A DNA stretch of 64,000 nucleotides from Rikenellaceae bacterium DTU002. GTDB taxonomy: Bacteria; Bacteroidota; Bacteroidia; Bacteroidales; UBA932. The DNA is taken from positions 26,486 to 90,485 of the forward strand of contig LFSY01000101.1 of the NCBI GenBank assembly GCA_001512865.1, in the 5' to 3' direction. This document shows positions 28,650-38,380 of this stretch, piece after piece. Each line of letters begins with the position of its first letter. The stretch's first letter is position 1. A program made the position numbers and the translations under genes. The notes under the pieces are model-generated. The model saw nothing but the letters and a program-made list of their open reading frames with translations, ran no database searches and had not been told where the DNA came from.

Positions 28650-29453
28650 ATGACAAAGAAAACGACAAAGACAGCAGGAACCGATGCGGGATCATTTACC
28701 GCTTTGCAAAAAGCCGAACAGGATGGTACCCTGACCATGGAGGATAAATTGCGTCTTCTTTTTCAACTGCAGGCCACCGATTCACAGATAGACAAAATAC
28801 ATCTGCTTCGCGGAGAACTTCCCCTGGAAGTACAGGATCTGGAAGACGATATCCAGAGATTGGCCACCAGAATGGAAAACCTGCAGAAAGAGATCCGTGA
28901 TATTGAAAAAGACATAGCCTTCAGAAGGATCGATGCCGACAATGCGAGGGGCATGGTTACCAAATACGAGACACAGCAGTCAAACGTGAAGAACAGCCGT
29001 GAATTTGATTCCCTGACCAAGGAGATCGAAAACCAGAAACTGGACGCCGAACTTGCAGAAAAATACATCCGGGAATTTTCCTTGTTGCTGAAAGACCGTA
29101 AGGAGAACATGGAAAAGACCAGGGAAGCTTACGAGGAGAGGAAGAAAGACCTGGAGATGAAACAAAAGGAACTGGAAAGCATCGTAAGCGAAACGGCAAA
29201 GGAAGAAGATTCCCTGCAGCGTAAAGCCGAACAGATTCATTCTCAGATAGATGCAAGGGTGTTGTCTGCTTACCGGAAAGTGAGGAACAACGCACGTAAC
29301 GGACTGGCGGTGGTAACGGTTAAGCGTGACGCTTGCGGCGGCTGTTTTAACAAGATACCTCCCCAACGTCAGCTGGATATCAAAATGAGCAAAAAGATCA
29401 TTGTTTGTGAATATTGCGGCCGTATTCTGGTAGACCCTGCATTTGAAGAATAA
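28650..29453 (+). CDS. Coiled-coil zinc-ribbon protein (COG1579/DUF164-like)
   Basis: 267 aa. A long heptad-rich region is followed by C-terminal CGGC...(x18)...CEYCGRIL. This family commonly follows Nif3 genes. Confidence 0.8.
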   Translation: MTKKTTKTAGTDAGSFTALQKAEQDGTLTMEDKLRLLFQLQATDSQIDKIHLLRGELPLEVQDLEDDIQRLATRMENLQKEIRDIEKDIAFRRIDADNARGMVTKYETQQSNVKNSREFDSLTKEIENQKLDAELAEKYIREFSLLLKDRKENMEKTREAYEERKKDLEMKQKELESIVSETAKEEDSLQRKAEQIHSQIDARVLSAYRKVRNNARNGLAVVTVKRDACGGCFNKIPPQRQLDIKMSKKIIVCEYCGRILVDPAFEE

Positions 29454-30639
29454 AGGAACCATACGCGAACAGTTTTTTGCCCGTCTGGGACAAACATCCC
29501 CCTCTCCATTAGGTATAGAAATACAGAAAGCGGAGGGGGTGTTTCTTCATTCACCCTCGGGGAAACGTTACATAGACCTGATCTCTGGCGTTTCTGTAAG
29601 CAATGTGGGACATGCCCGACCCGAAGTCATTCAGGCCATTGAGGAACAGGCCCGGAACCATTTGCACCTGATGGTATACGGCGAGGTGATCCAGTCTCCC
29701 CAGGTGCACCTGGCCGGCCTTTTGACTGATAACCTTCCGGCCACCCTGAACTCGGTCTATTTTGTCAATTCCGGATCCGAGGCCAACGAAGCTGCCCTGA
29801 AACTGGCAAAACGCATTACCGGCAGGGGAAAGATCGCCTGTTTCAGGAACGCATACCACGGCAGTACGCACGGAGCCCTGAGCGTAATGGGGAATGAAAC
29901 TTTCAGGAGGTCTTTCAGGCCCCTGTTGCCCGACATAACGGCGCTTCGTTTCAATTGCCTGCAGGATCTTGAACTGATCGACCGCCATACCGCATGTGTT
30001 ATTGTGGAACCGGTCCAGGCCGAGGCGGGGGTACGTCTCCCTGCCGAAGGTTTTCTGCAATCTCTTCTTGACCGGTGCAACGATACGGGAACTTTGCTTA
30101 TCTTTGATGAGATACAGACAGGCTTTGGAAGAACCGGCAGCCTCTTTGCCATGCAAAAATACGGGGTTGTACCCCATATGGTCACTTTTGCCAAAGCCCT
30201 TGGCGGGGGGATGCCCCTGGGGGCTCTTGTTTGTGGCCGGGAGCTGATGGATGCCTGGAAAACAGATCCTGTACTGGGACATATTACTACTTTCGGGGGA
30301 CATCCGGTGTGTTGTGCCGCAGGGTTTGCCGCCTTGCAGGTTCTCTTGCATGAAGGATGGACAGGACAGGTCGCGGAAAAAACAGCTTTTCTGGAGAAAG
30401 CTCTTGCTGACCATCCGAAAGTGATTGAAACAAGGAGTGCCGGTTTGTTATCGGCCGTTGAGCTGGGTTCGTCCGGGAAGGTTCAGGATATGATCCGGTT
30501 GCTTTTGGAGGAAGGGGCCATGGCCGACTGGTTTTTATATTGCGACACGGCATTTCGCATATCGCCGCCCCTGTGCATTACGCAGGAGGAGCTGGAATTC
30601 ACGGTACGGGTGGTCAGGGCGGCCCTGGACAGATTGTAA
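29443..30639 (+). CDS. Class-III (acetylornithine/GABA-type) PLP-dependent aminotransferase
   Basis: 398 aa with SGSEANEAALKLA, LIFDEIQTGFGRTG, and TFAKALGGGMPLGA (PLP lysine). TTG start at 29443, since there is no in-frame ATG nearby. Substrate is not assignable. Confidence 0.85.
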   Translation: MKNKGTIREQFFARLGQTSPSPLGIEIQKAEGVFLHSPSGKRYIDLISGVSVSNVGHARPEVIQAIEEQARNHLHLMVYGEVIQSPQVHLAGLLTDNLPATLNSVYFVNSGSEANEAALKLAKRITGRGKIACFRNAYHGSTHGALSVMGNETFRRSFRPLLPDITALRFNCLQDLELIDRHTACVIVEPVQAEAGVRLPAEGFLQSLLDRCNDTGTLLIFDEIQTGFGRTGSLFAMQKYGVVPHMVTFAKALGGGMPLGALVCGRELMDAWKTDPVLGHITTFGGHPVCCAAGFAALQVLLHEGWTGQVAEKTAFLEKALADHPKVIETRSAGLLSAVELGSSGKVQDMIRLLLEEGAMADWFLYCDTAFRISPPLCITQEELEFTVRVVRAALDRL

Positions 30640-30654
30640 TAAAACAGACATATC

Positions 30655-32157
30655 ATGGCAAAACGAGCACCAGTCAGCAGAAATGTGAAAGGCAAAGAGC
30701 AGTCCCATGTGGAAATGGTGGGCCTGGAGGTGGGAAAGGTCCCTCCCCAGGCTATAGATATGGAAGAAGCCGTACTCGGGGCTTTGCTGCTGGAGCCCAA
30801 CGCATCCATTGACATCGTGGGTACGGTCAAGCCGGAATATTTCTATAAGGAAAATCACCGGAAGATCTTCTCGGCCATAATGACACTCGTATCGGGACAC
30901 AACCCGGTGGACATCTATACCGTTGCCGAGGAACTGAAGAAAAAAGAAGAGCTGGACGAAATAGGAGGACCCTATTACCTGAGCCAGCTCACCATGCGCG
31001 TGGCAGCGGCATCACACCTGGAGTACCACTCCAAGATCCTGACCCAAAAGTTCATCCAAAGGGAATTGATCAACACCTCCTACAACATATTGCGTGACGC
31101 CTTTGACGACACCATTCCTGCCGATGAACTGCTGGATGCTTCCCAGAAGAAACTTTTTGACCTGGGAGAGATGAACCTCCGCCGTGATACAAGGCTTGTC
31201 CACTCGGTGCTCGGAGAGGTACTTGACGAACTGGCCGATGTCCAGACCAGGGAGGACGGACTGAGCGGGCTTCCTTCCGGGTATACTTCGCTGGACCGGA
31301 TGACCCTGGGCTGGCAGAAGGCTGACCTGGTAGTCATTGCTGCCAGGCCTTCCATGGGAAAAACGGCATTCGTGCTGACCATGGCCCGCAATATGTCGGT
31401 CAATCATAACATCCCTGTGGCTTTCTTCTCTCTTGAAATGCCAGACGCACAGCTTGTAAAACGATTGCTGGTAAGTGAAACGGGTTTGTCTTCCGAAAAG
31501 ATCAGGGGCGGGAAAAAACTTAAAAGTTTTGAATGGGAACAATTGAACCAGCGCATCATCAATCTGACCAAAGCGCCTCTGTACATTGATGACACGCCTT
31601 CCCTGTCCATATTCGAATTCCGTGCAAAAGCCCGCCGGCTGGTTGCCAGCAAAGGAGTGAAGCTCATTATCATAGACTATATGCAGCTTATGTCGGGACC
31701 GCCTGAACTGAGGGGTATGAGGGAACAGGAAGTGGCTGCCATTTCGCGTTCGCTGAAAGCGGTGGCAAAGGAGCTGAATGTTCCGGTAATTGCACTTTCG
31801 CAGATGAACCGGTCCTCGGAAACGCGCGGAGGACACAGAAAGCCGCAATTGAGCGACTTGCGTGAATCGGGCGCCATTGAACAGGATGCAGACATCGTTA
31901 TCTTCTTATACCGCCCCGAATATTACGGGTTCAAGGATGATGACAACGGACGGTCCCTGGAGGGCATAGCCGAAGTGATCCTGGCCAAGCACCGTAACGG
32001 TGCCGTGGGTGAATTCCAGATGCGCTTCCGCAGTAACGAGATACGTTTTATGGATATCAACGAAGGTGGTCCGGATTTTGCACCCGATGAACCCGTCACC
32101 TATGCTTCGCGGATGAACCAAATGAATGATCTGAATGACAACTACGGCGGCTTATAA
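30655..32157 (+). CDS. dnaB: Replicative DNA helicase DnaB
   Basis: 500 aa. PPQAIDMEEAVLGALLLEP (N-terminal domain), Walker A ARPSMGKTAF, IIDYMQLM, and ALSQMNRSSE. No intein-like insertion was noticed. Confidence 0.96.
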   Translation: MAKRAPVSRNVKGKEQSHVEMVGLEVGKVPPQAIDMEEAVLGALLLEPNASIDIVGTVKPEYFYKENHRKIFSAIMTLVSGHNPVDIYTVAEELKKKEELDEIGGPYYLSQLTMRVAAASHLEYHSKILTQKFIQRELINTSYNILRDAFDDTIPADELLDASQKKLFDLGEMNLRRDTRLVHSVLGEVLDELADVQTREDGLSGLPSGYTSLDRMTLGWQKADLVVIAARPSMGKTAFVLTMARNMSVNHNIPVAFFSLEMPDAQLVKRLLVSETGLSSEKIRGGKKLKSFEWEQLNQRIINLTKAPLYIDDTPSLSIFEFRAKARRLVASKGVKLIIIDYMQLMSGPPELRGMREQEVAAISRSLKAVAKELNVPVIALSQMNRSSETRGGHRKPQLSDLRESGAIEQDADIVIFLYRPEYYGFKDDDNGRSLEGIAEVILAKHRNGAVGEFQMRFRSNEIRFMDINEGGPDFAPDEPVTYASRMNQMNDLNDNYGGL

Positions 32158-32986
32158 AAGCATCCTACTTACCTTCATCCTCCTTTCACTATCGTGGCTG
32201 TTACCTGCACAGGAGCAGGAGCCGGAAAAACCTTGTCTTCCCGTCAGGGAGGTTCCGGTTTCGCAGCTGGCCTTTGGAGCCGGTGAAAAAATCACGATCA
32301 TTGCCAGCTACACGTGGGGTGTTGTGAACACCGATGTGGGGACGGTATCCCTTGAAGTTGCCGAAAAAAGCACCACCCAGTTTCAGGCGACAGGACGTAT
32401 TCAGACGGCCCGCTTCTTCAATGCATTTTTCCGGGTGGACGATTACTATGAAAGTCATTTCGACAAGTCAAATATGCGTCCCACCTATTTTATGAGGGAT
32501 ATCCACGAAGGAAAGTATTCCATCCAAAACTACTACCGGTATAACACCGACCATTCCATCAATGCCCGGATCATCCGCAAGGACGGTTCGGTACAGGATA
32601 CGTTGCTGCCGGGAAGGGTGTGCACGTTCGACTTCATCACCCTGTTCTATTTTCTGAGAAACCTGGATTTCGGGGCCATGAAGCCCGGGGACGTCTCTCC
32701 CATATCCTTTGCCATAGACGAAGAGGTGTTTGAACTCTATCTTCGTTACGACGGAAAAGATGAAATACGCATACAGGGACAGGGAACATTCCGTTGTCTG
32801 AAATTTTCCGCGCAGACGGTTGCCGGGATCGTTTTTGACGGAAAGGAGGATCTGCGTTTCTGGATAAGCGACGACAAGAACAGGGTCCCTTTGTTCATAG
32901 AATCCCCAGTGGTTGTGGGCCGGGTTACCGGAAGGCTGGGCAGTTACGAGAACCTGCGTTTTCCCCTCACAAGCAAGATCAAATGA
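32135..32986 (+). CDS. Secreted protein, DUF3108-like (function unknown)
   Basis: 283 aa with a signal peptide and a predicted beta-rich body. The DUF3108 call is from memory of similar sequences. The ATG overlaps the dnaB 3' end by 23 nt, so the start is uncertain. Confidence 0.55.
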   Translation: MTTTAAYKSILLTFILLSLSWLLPAQEQEPEKPCLPVREVPVSQLAFGAGEKITIIASYTWGVVNTDVGTVSLEVAEKSTTQFQATGRIQTARFFNAFFRVDDYYESHFDKSNMRPTYFMRDIHEGKYSIQNYYRYNTDHSINARIIRKDGSVQDTLLPGRVCTFDFITLFYFLRNLDFGAMKPGDVSPISFAIDEEVFELYLRYDGKDEIRIQGQGTFRCLKFSAQTVAGIVFDGKEDLRFWISDDKNRVPLFIESPVVVGRVTGRLGSYENLRFPLTSKIK

Positions 32987-33414
32987 GCCATGGAAAAGAA
33001 TCTGTAATCAGGCACAGGGGTGTCATTACGTGTCTGGATCCGCTTAAAGCAGAGATCATTGCAGAATCTGCCTGTGCATCCTGTCATGCCAGGGGGGTAT
33101 GTATGCTCAGTGAAAAAAAAATTAAAGAGATCACCCTTTTGAAACATCCCGAACACTGGAAACCGATCCTGGGTCAGGAAGTTTTCATAGAGATGCGGAC
33201 ACGGTTGGGATTCAGGGCATTATGGCTTGGGATGGTTTTGCCGGCCATCGTTTTGGGCATCATTACGGCCCTTTGTGTGTGGTCAGGTATGGCTGAATGG
33301 CTGCTGGGATTAATTGTTTTATCGGGTATGGGAATCTATTATTTTGTTCTATATTTGTTAAAAGATCATATCCGGAATGACTTCTACTTTACTGTACACA
33401 ATATTGAGCCTTAG
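32983..33414 (+). CDS. RseC/MucC-family (SoxR-reducing system) membrane protein
   Basis: 143 aa. N-terminal Cys motif (ESACASCHARGVC) followed by two TM helices. It lies immediately upstream of rnfB, as is usual for this family. Confidence 0.8.
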   Translation: MSHGKESVIRHRGVITCLDPLKAEIIAESACASCHARGVCMLSEKKIKEITLLKHPEHWKPILGQEVFIEMRTRLGFRALWLGMVLPAIVLGIITALCVWSGMAEWLLGLIVLSGMGIYYFVLYLLKDHIRNDFYFTVHNIEP

Positions 33415-34213
33415 CTTGTTGGGCGGGCTTCTGGCCGTTGTGTTGTATCTGATCGCCCAAAAATTCAAAGTTCAGGAAGACCCCCGTATAGACCAGGTTC
33501 TGGAAGCATTGCCCGGAGCAAATTGCGGCGGATGCGGCTATGCCGGTTGCAGGGCTTTTGCCGAAAGTTACGTGAACAATCCCGAAATGACAGATTTCTT
33601 CTGTCCGGTGGGAGGAAACGATGTTATGAAAAACGTTGCGATGGTCCTGGGCCGGGAAGTGAAGGAGCAGGTGCCCAGGCTTGCCGTACTGCGCTGTAAC
33701 GGCTCATGCGACGTCCGGCCCCGGCTGAATGTCTATGATGGCAGTATGAGTTGCGCGGTTGCCGCCGACCTTTACGGGGGCGAAACGGGTTGTTCTTACG
33801 GCTGCCTTGGTTTGGGGGATTGTGTGACCGCCTGTACCTTCGACGCCATCCATATGAATCCGCAGACGTGTCTGCCTGAAATATCTGAAGACACATGCAC
33901 TTCCTGCGGCGCCTGTGTCAAGGCCTGTCCGCGTAACATCCTGGAATTAAGGCCCAAAGGACCGAAAAACCGCAGGATCTATATTGCCTGTGCCAGCAAG
34001 GACAAGGGGGCTGTTACACGTAAGGTGTGTACTGTGGGCTGTATAGGATGTCAGAAGTGTGTAAAGGAATGCCCGTTTGAGGCCATATCATTTGCCGATA
34101 ACCTGGCTTACATAGACCCTTCCAAATGCCGTCTTTGCCGGAAATGCACCGCTGTCTGTCCGACAGGATGCATTCTCGAGATCAATTTTCCACCAAAAAA
34201 ATCAAGTGACTGA
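33377..34213 (+). CDS. rnfB: Rnf electron-transport complex subunit B
   Basis: 278 aa with an N-terminal TM segment, CGGCGYAGC, and several CxxCxxCxxxCP ferredoxin motifs. Confidence 0.93.
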   Translation: MTSTLLYTILSLSLLGGLLAVVLYLIAQKFKVQEDPRIDQVLEALPGANCGGCGYAGCRAFAESYVNNPEMTDFFCPVGGNDVMKNVAMVLGREVKEQVPRLAVLRCNGSCDVRPRLNVYDGSMSCAVAADLYGGETGCSYGCLGLGDCVTACTFDAIHMNPQTCLPEISEDTCTSCGACVKACPRNILELRPKGPKNRRIYIACASKDKGAVTRKVCTVGCIGCQKCVKECPFEAISFADNLAYIDPSKCRLCRKCTAVCPTGCILEINFPPKKSSD

Positions 34214-34215
34214 AA

Positions 34216-35553
34216 ATGAGTAAAACGTTTTCTATTGGGGGTATTCATCCAAATGACAGAAAATTCTCCAGGGATCATCCCATTGAAGAGTTTCCCATTC
34301 CAAAACGTGTATTCCTCTCGATGAACCAGCATTTGGGAATGCCTGCCGTCCCCGTGGTTCAGAAAGGAGACATGGTGAAAGTGGGACAGCTGATAGCCGA
34401 GCCGGCAGGTTTTGTCTCGGCTCCGATACACGCCTCTGTCAGCGGCACGGTCTCCGACGTGGCCCTTTATCCGGACTTCCTGGGGAAAAAAGTCCTCACC
34501 GTTGTAATTGACACGTCTGGAGATGACTGGTTGGAAAGCATAGACCGGTCTTCCGAGATAAAACACGAAATTACGGATACACCGCAGGAAATATTCAAAA
34601 AGATATCCGAAGCCGGCATTGTGGGCCTGGGCGGGGCGGCTTTTCCCACTCATGTGAAATTAACGCCTCTGGAAGGAATGAAAGCTGAATACCTGATCCT
34701 GAACGGGGCAGAGTGCGAGCCGTATCTCACATCGGATTACAGGCTGATGATAGAACATGGCCAGGAAATTCTTATCGGCGGAGAGCTGATGCGACGTGTA
34801 CTGGGAGATGTGAGGGGAATCATAGGTATAGAAGAGAATAAACCGCGGGCGATAGAACTGATGCGCAAACATGCGGCCCATTTTCTGCAATGGGAAGTCG
34901 TACCGCTTAAAAAAAGATATCCCCAGGGAGGAGAGAAACAATTGATAGACGCCGTTCTGGGGCGTAAGGTCCCGTCGTTTTCACTTCCCGTATCAACGGG
35001 TGCGGTAGTTCAGAATGTAGGTACCGCCTATGCTGTATACGAAGCGGTTCAGAAAAACAAGCCGCTTATCAGCAATGTACTTACAGTGACATCTTCGGAT
35101 CCTTCCATTCAACGGAATTATCATTTTCGCACCGGCACCCCCGTACGGGAGTTCCTGAACGCCGCCGGGGCGCCGGAACAGGACGGTACGCTGCGTTTCG
35201 CCAAAGTGGTAAACGGGGGTCCCATGATGGGGAAAGCGGTGGCGAACCTTGACGGGGCGGTGATGAAAAGCACTTCCGGACTTTTACTTTTAACAGAAAA
35301 GGAAACCAAGCGTCAGGAACCGGGGGAATGCATCCGCTGCTCCAAATGTTTCCAGGCGTGTCCCATGAGGTTACAACCCTATCTGTTGTACCAGCTGGCT
35401 TTGGCAGGGAGAACGGAAGCATTGGAGGAACACCGTGTTTTTGATTGTATTGAATGCGGGTGTTGTCTCTATTCGTGTCCTGCCCACCTGCCGTTGCTGG
35501 ACCAGATCCGTTTGGCCAGGAATGTTTCTCTGAAAAATAAACGCAAGAAATAA
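34216..35553 (+). CDS. rnfC: Rnf complex subunit C
   Basis: 445 aa. GIVGLGGAAFPTHVKL, LILNGAECEPYLTSD, and two 4Fe-4S motifs (CIRCSKCFQACP, CIECGCCLYSCP). Confidence 0.95.
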   Translation: MSKTFSIGGIHPNDRKFSRDHPIEEFPIPKRVFLSMNQHLGMPAVPVVQKGDMVKVGQLIAEPAGFVSAPIHASVSGTVSDVALYPDFLGKKVLTVVIDTSGDDWLESIDRSSEIKHEITDTPQEIFKKISEAGIVGLGGAAFPTHVKLTPLEGMKAEYLILNGAECEPYLTSDYRLMIEHGQEILIGGELMRRVLGDVRGIIGIEENKPRAIELMRKHAAHFLQWEVVPLKKRYPQGGEKQLIDAVLGRKVPSFSLPVSTGAVVQNVGTAYAVYEAVQKNKPLISNVLTVTSSDPSIQRNYHFRTGTPVREFLNAAGAPEQDGTLRFAKVVNGGPMMGKAVANLDGAVMKSTSGLLLLTEKETKRQEPGECIRCSKCFQACPMRLQPYLLYQLALAGRTEALEEHRVFDCIECGCCLYSCPAHLPLLDQIRLARNVSLKNKRKK

Positions 35554-35554
35554 T

Positions 35555-36598
35555 ATGGACAAACTACTTATTTCGCCGGCTCCACACCTGCACAGTAAAG
35601 ACAGTACCCGGAGGATCATGCGGGATGTGATCATAGCCCTGATGCCTGCCGTACTTGTCAGCGTTTATTTTGCAGGACTTAGTGCGCTGCTGGTCATCGT
35701 AGTCTCTGTAACGGGTTGTGTTCTTGTGGAACACCTGATCGTCCGTTACCTGATGAAGAAAAAATCGACGGTCCATGACCTTTCCGCCGTGGTTACCGGA
35801 TTGATTCTGGCTCTGAACCTGCCCGTTTCCTCGCCCTGGTGGATGGTCCTGACAGGATGTGTGGCAGCCATCGGGATCGCAAAAATGACCTTCGGGGGGC
35901 TGGGACACAACCTGTTCAATCCTGCCCTGGTGGCACGTGTCTTCCTTTTGATATCCTTCCCGGTCCAGATGACAAACTGGTCGGTATCAAACAGTATATT
36001 CAGGCCGGACCGGTGGGAATTGCCAAAAGGACTGCTGGGGGCGCAGGGACAATTGCTGGATGCAGCCTCGGGAGCCACTCCCCTTGGGATCATCAAGGAA
36101 GGACTGGCCAACGGTCTTACTATGGAGACGTTGAGTCAGCAGCACGATCTTTCCTATTGGCATATGCTTTTCGGACATATTGACGGATCCCTGGGGGAAG
36201 CCTCGGTCCTGGCTATCCTGCTGGGCCTTGCCTACCTGTTGCTGAGAAAAGTGATCAAGCCCCTCATTCCCCTTTCCGTCCTGGTAACGGTCGCCGTTTT
36301 TGCCGGCATCCTGTGGCTGACAGATCCTTCCATGAACGCGGATCCCCTTTTCCATCTGCTGACCGGCGGTTTGTTGCTGGGTGCCGTTTTCATGGCCACC
36401 GACTACACCACATCACCCATGTCCCCGCTGGGTATGTTGATCTTTGGTGTCGGGATCGGGGTTGTAACCATGATCATACGCATCTGGGGTGCATACCCCG
36501 AAGGAGTTTCATTTGCCATATTATTCATGAACGCACTGGTGCCCCTGTTAAACAAGATCAAACCGTTCCCGTATCAAAAGGAGGTGAGCCGTGGCTAG
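35555..36598 (+). CDS. rnfD: Rnf complex subunit D
   Basis: 347 aa polytopic protein. SPAPHLHS..., NPALVARVFL, and FMATDYTTSP (FMN-attachment region). Confidence 0.95.
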   Translation: MDKLLISPAPHLHSKDSTRRIMRDVIIALMPAVLVSVYFAGLSALLVIVVSVTGCVLVEHLIVRYLMKKKSTVHDLSAVVTGLILALNLPVSSPWWMVLTGCVAAIGIAKMTFGGLGHNLFNPALVARVFLLISFPVQMTNWSVSNSIFRPDRWELPKGLLGAQGQLLDAASGATPLGIIKEGLANGLTMETLSQQHDLSYWHMLFGHIDGSLGEASVLAILLGLAYLLLRKVIKPLIPLSVLVTVAVFAGILWLTDPSMNADPLFHLLTGGLLLGAVFMATDYTTSPMSPLGMLIFGVGIGVVTMIIRIWGAYPEGVSFAILFMNALVPLLNKIKPFPYQKEVSRG

Positions 36599-37181
36599 AG
36601 AATCAAATTTCAGGAACATGTTTCTGTGTCTGCTGATCATATGTCTCGGAGGATCGGCAGTAATGGGCAGTGTATATTTGATTACTTACGAACCCATTGC
36701 GGCTGCTCAGGCAGCCAAAGTCAACCAGGCGATTGCCCGGGTTTTGCCCGAATTTGACAATGTCCCGGCCCTGGAAGCTTATCAGGTGCTGGTTGACGGA
36801 AGACAGGTAACGGTGTATCCGGCACAAAAAGACGGTGTGTTTGCCGGGGCGGCCATAGAAGCGGTGACCACCAGGGGATTTGGCGGACCCATTAAGGTAA
36901 TGGTGGGATTCCGACCGGACGGGACCATACACAACACGGCAGTCATATCACACACCGAGACGCCCGGTCTGGGAGATAAGATGGATCCCCGGAAAAGCGA
37001 TTTCAGTCTGCAGTTCCAGGGAAAAAATCCCGGGACGTTCCGCCTTGCGGTAAAAAAAGACGGAGGTCAGGTTGATGCCATAACGGCGGCTACCATCAGT
37101 TCCAGGGCTTTTTGCGATGTGCTGGACCTGGCTTACCGGGCTTTCATACAAACGGATCAAAAAGAAGGAGGTAAGCAATGA
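36591..37181 (+). CDS. rnfG: Rnf complex subunit G
   Basis: 196 aa with an FMN-binding domain (HTETPGLGDK, DAITAATISS). The GTG start at 36591 is preceded by AAGGAGG at 36578-36584. An alternative ATG lies at 36618. Confidence 0.92.
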   Translation: MARESNFRNMFLCLLIICLGGSAVMGSVYLITYEPIAAAQAAKVNQAIARVLPEFDNVPALEAYQVLVDGRQVTVYPAQKDGVFAGAAIEAVTTRGFGGPIKVMVGFRPDGTIHNTAVISHTETPGLGDKMDPRKSDFSLQFQGKNPGTFRLAVKKDGGQVDAITAATISSRAFCDVLDLAYRAFIQTDQKEGGKQ

Positions 37182-37759
37182 GCAGGTTACGTATCATAAC
37201 AAAAGGAATTATCAGCGGAAACCCCATATTTGTTCTGGTGCTCGGCATGTGTCCCACACTGGGAACGACCACTTCTGCCGTGAACGGGCTGGGGATGGGA
37301 TTGGCCACCACCTTTGTGCTGATGCTTTCCAACCTGGTGATTTCGCTGATTGCCGGACTCATCCCTTCAAAGGTCAGGATCCCTTCATTCATTGTGGTTA
37401 TTGCCGTTTTCGTGACGGTGGTACAACTGATCATGCAGGCATATGTCCCCGCTCTTTATGAAACCCTTGGTCTGTTCATACCCCTGATCGTTGTCAATTG
37501 TATTGTGCTGGGCCGTGCCGAGGCGTTTGCCAGTAAGAACAAACCGCTGGATTCTTTCCTGGACGGACTGGGGTCGGGCATAGGATTCACTCTGGGGCTG
37601 ACCCTTTTGGGAGCTGTCCGTGAATTGCTCGGTTCCGGCGCTTTTTTCGGATGGAAGATGCTGCCCGGGGACGGGATGCTGGTCTTTATTCTGGCTCCCG
37701 GGGCCTTTATAGCACTGGGATATTTGATGGTATTGTTCAACAAGTTCTTAAAAGCCTGA
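37178..37759 (+). CDS. rnfE: Rnf complex subunit E
   Basis: 193 aa. NPIFVLVLGMCPTLGTT and IPLIVVNCIVLGRAEAFA are RnfE/NqrD-type motifs. AAGGAGG lies at 37165-37171. Confidence 0.95.
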   Translation: MSRLRIITKGIISGNPIFVLVLGMCPTLGTTTSAVNGLGMGLATTFVLMLSNLVISLIAGLIPSKVRIPSFIVVIAVFVTVVQLIMQAYVPALYETLGLFIPLIVVNCIVLGRAEAFASKNKPLDSFLDGLGSGIGFTLGLTLLGAVRELLGSGAFFGWKMLPGDGMLVFILAPGAFIALGYLMVLFNKFLKA

Positions 37760-37763
37760 CAGT

Positions 37764-38363
37764 ATGGAGTATATTCTGATAATCATATCGGCTGTCTTTG
37801 TCAACAACATTGTATTGAACCAGTTTCTTGGCGTATGCCCGTTCCTGGGCGTTTCCAACAGGATATCCACGGCGGTGGGGATGAGTGCTGCGGTCGTCTT
37901 TGTAATGACCCTGGCGACCCTTATCACGTATCTTATCCAGACCTATATTCTGAATCCTCTGCAGATCGGTTTTATGCAGACTGTGACATTCATTCTGGTA
38001 ATCGCCGCTCTTGTTCAGATGGTTGAGATCATCCTCAAGAAGATCTCTCCGGCCCTTTACCAGGCACTTGGGATCTTCCTGCCCCTGATCACCACCAATT
38101 GTGCCGTATTGGGTGTGGCCATCATTGTGGTTACCAAAGAGTTTACTTTTGGAGGGACAGCGGCCATGCTCACGTTGCCGCAGGCCCTTGTTTATGCCGC
38201 TTCCATGGCCCTGGGTTTTGGCCTGGCGTTAACCATTTTTGCCGGATTACGGGAGCACATGGATCTTGTGGGTGTCCCCAAACCTTTCCGGGGTGTTCCC
38301 ATAGCCCTGATCACTGCCGGGATACTGGCGCTTGCCTTTATGGGTTTTTCGGGGATCGTGTGA
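37764..38363 (+). CDS. rnfA: Rnf complex subunit A
   Basis: 199 aa. NNIVLNQFLGVCPFLGVS and LPLITTNCAVLGVA are RnfA/NqrE-type motifs. Confidence 0.95.
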   Translation: MEYILIIISAVFVNNIVLNQFLGVCPFLGVSNRISTAVGMSAAVVFVMTLATLITYLIQTYILNPLQIGFMQTVTFILVIAALVQMVEIILKKISPALYQALGIFLPLITTNCAVLGVAIIVVTKEFTFGGTAAMLTLPQALVYAASMALGFGLALTIFAGLREHMDLVGVPKPFRGVPIALITAGILALAFMGFSGIV

Positions 38364-38380
38364 TCTAAAAAAAAGAAAAG

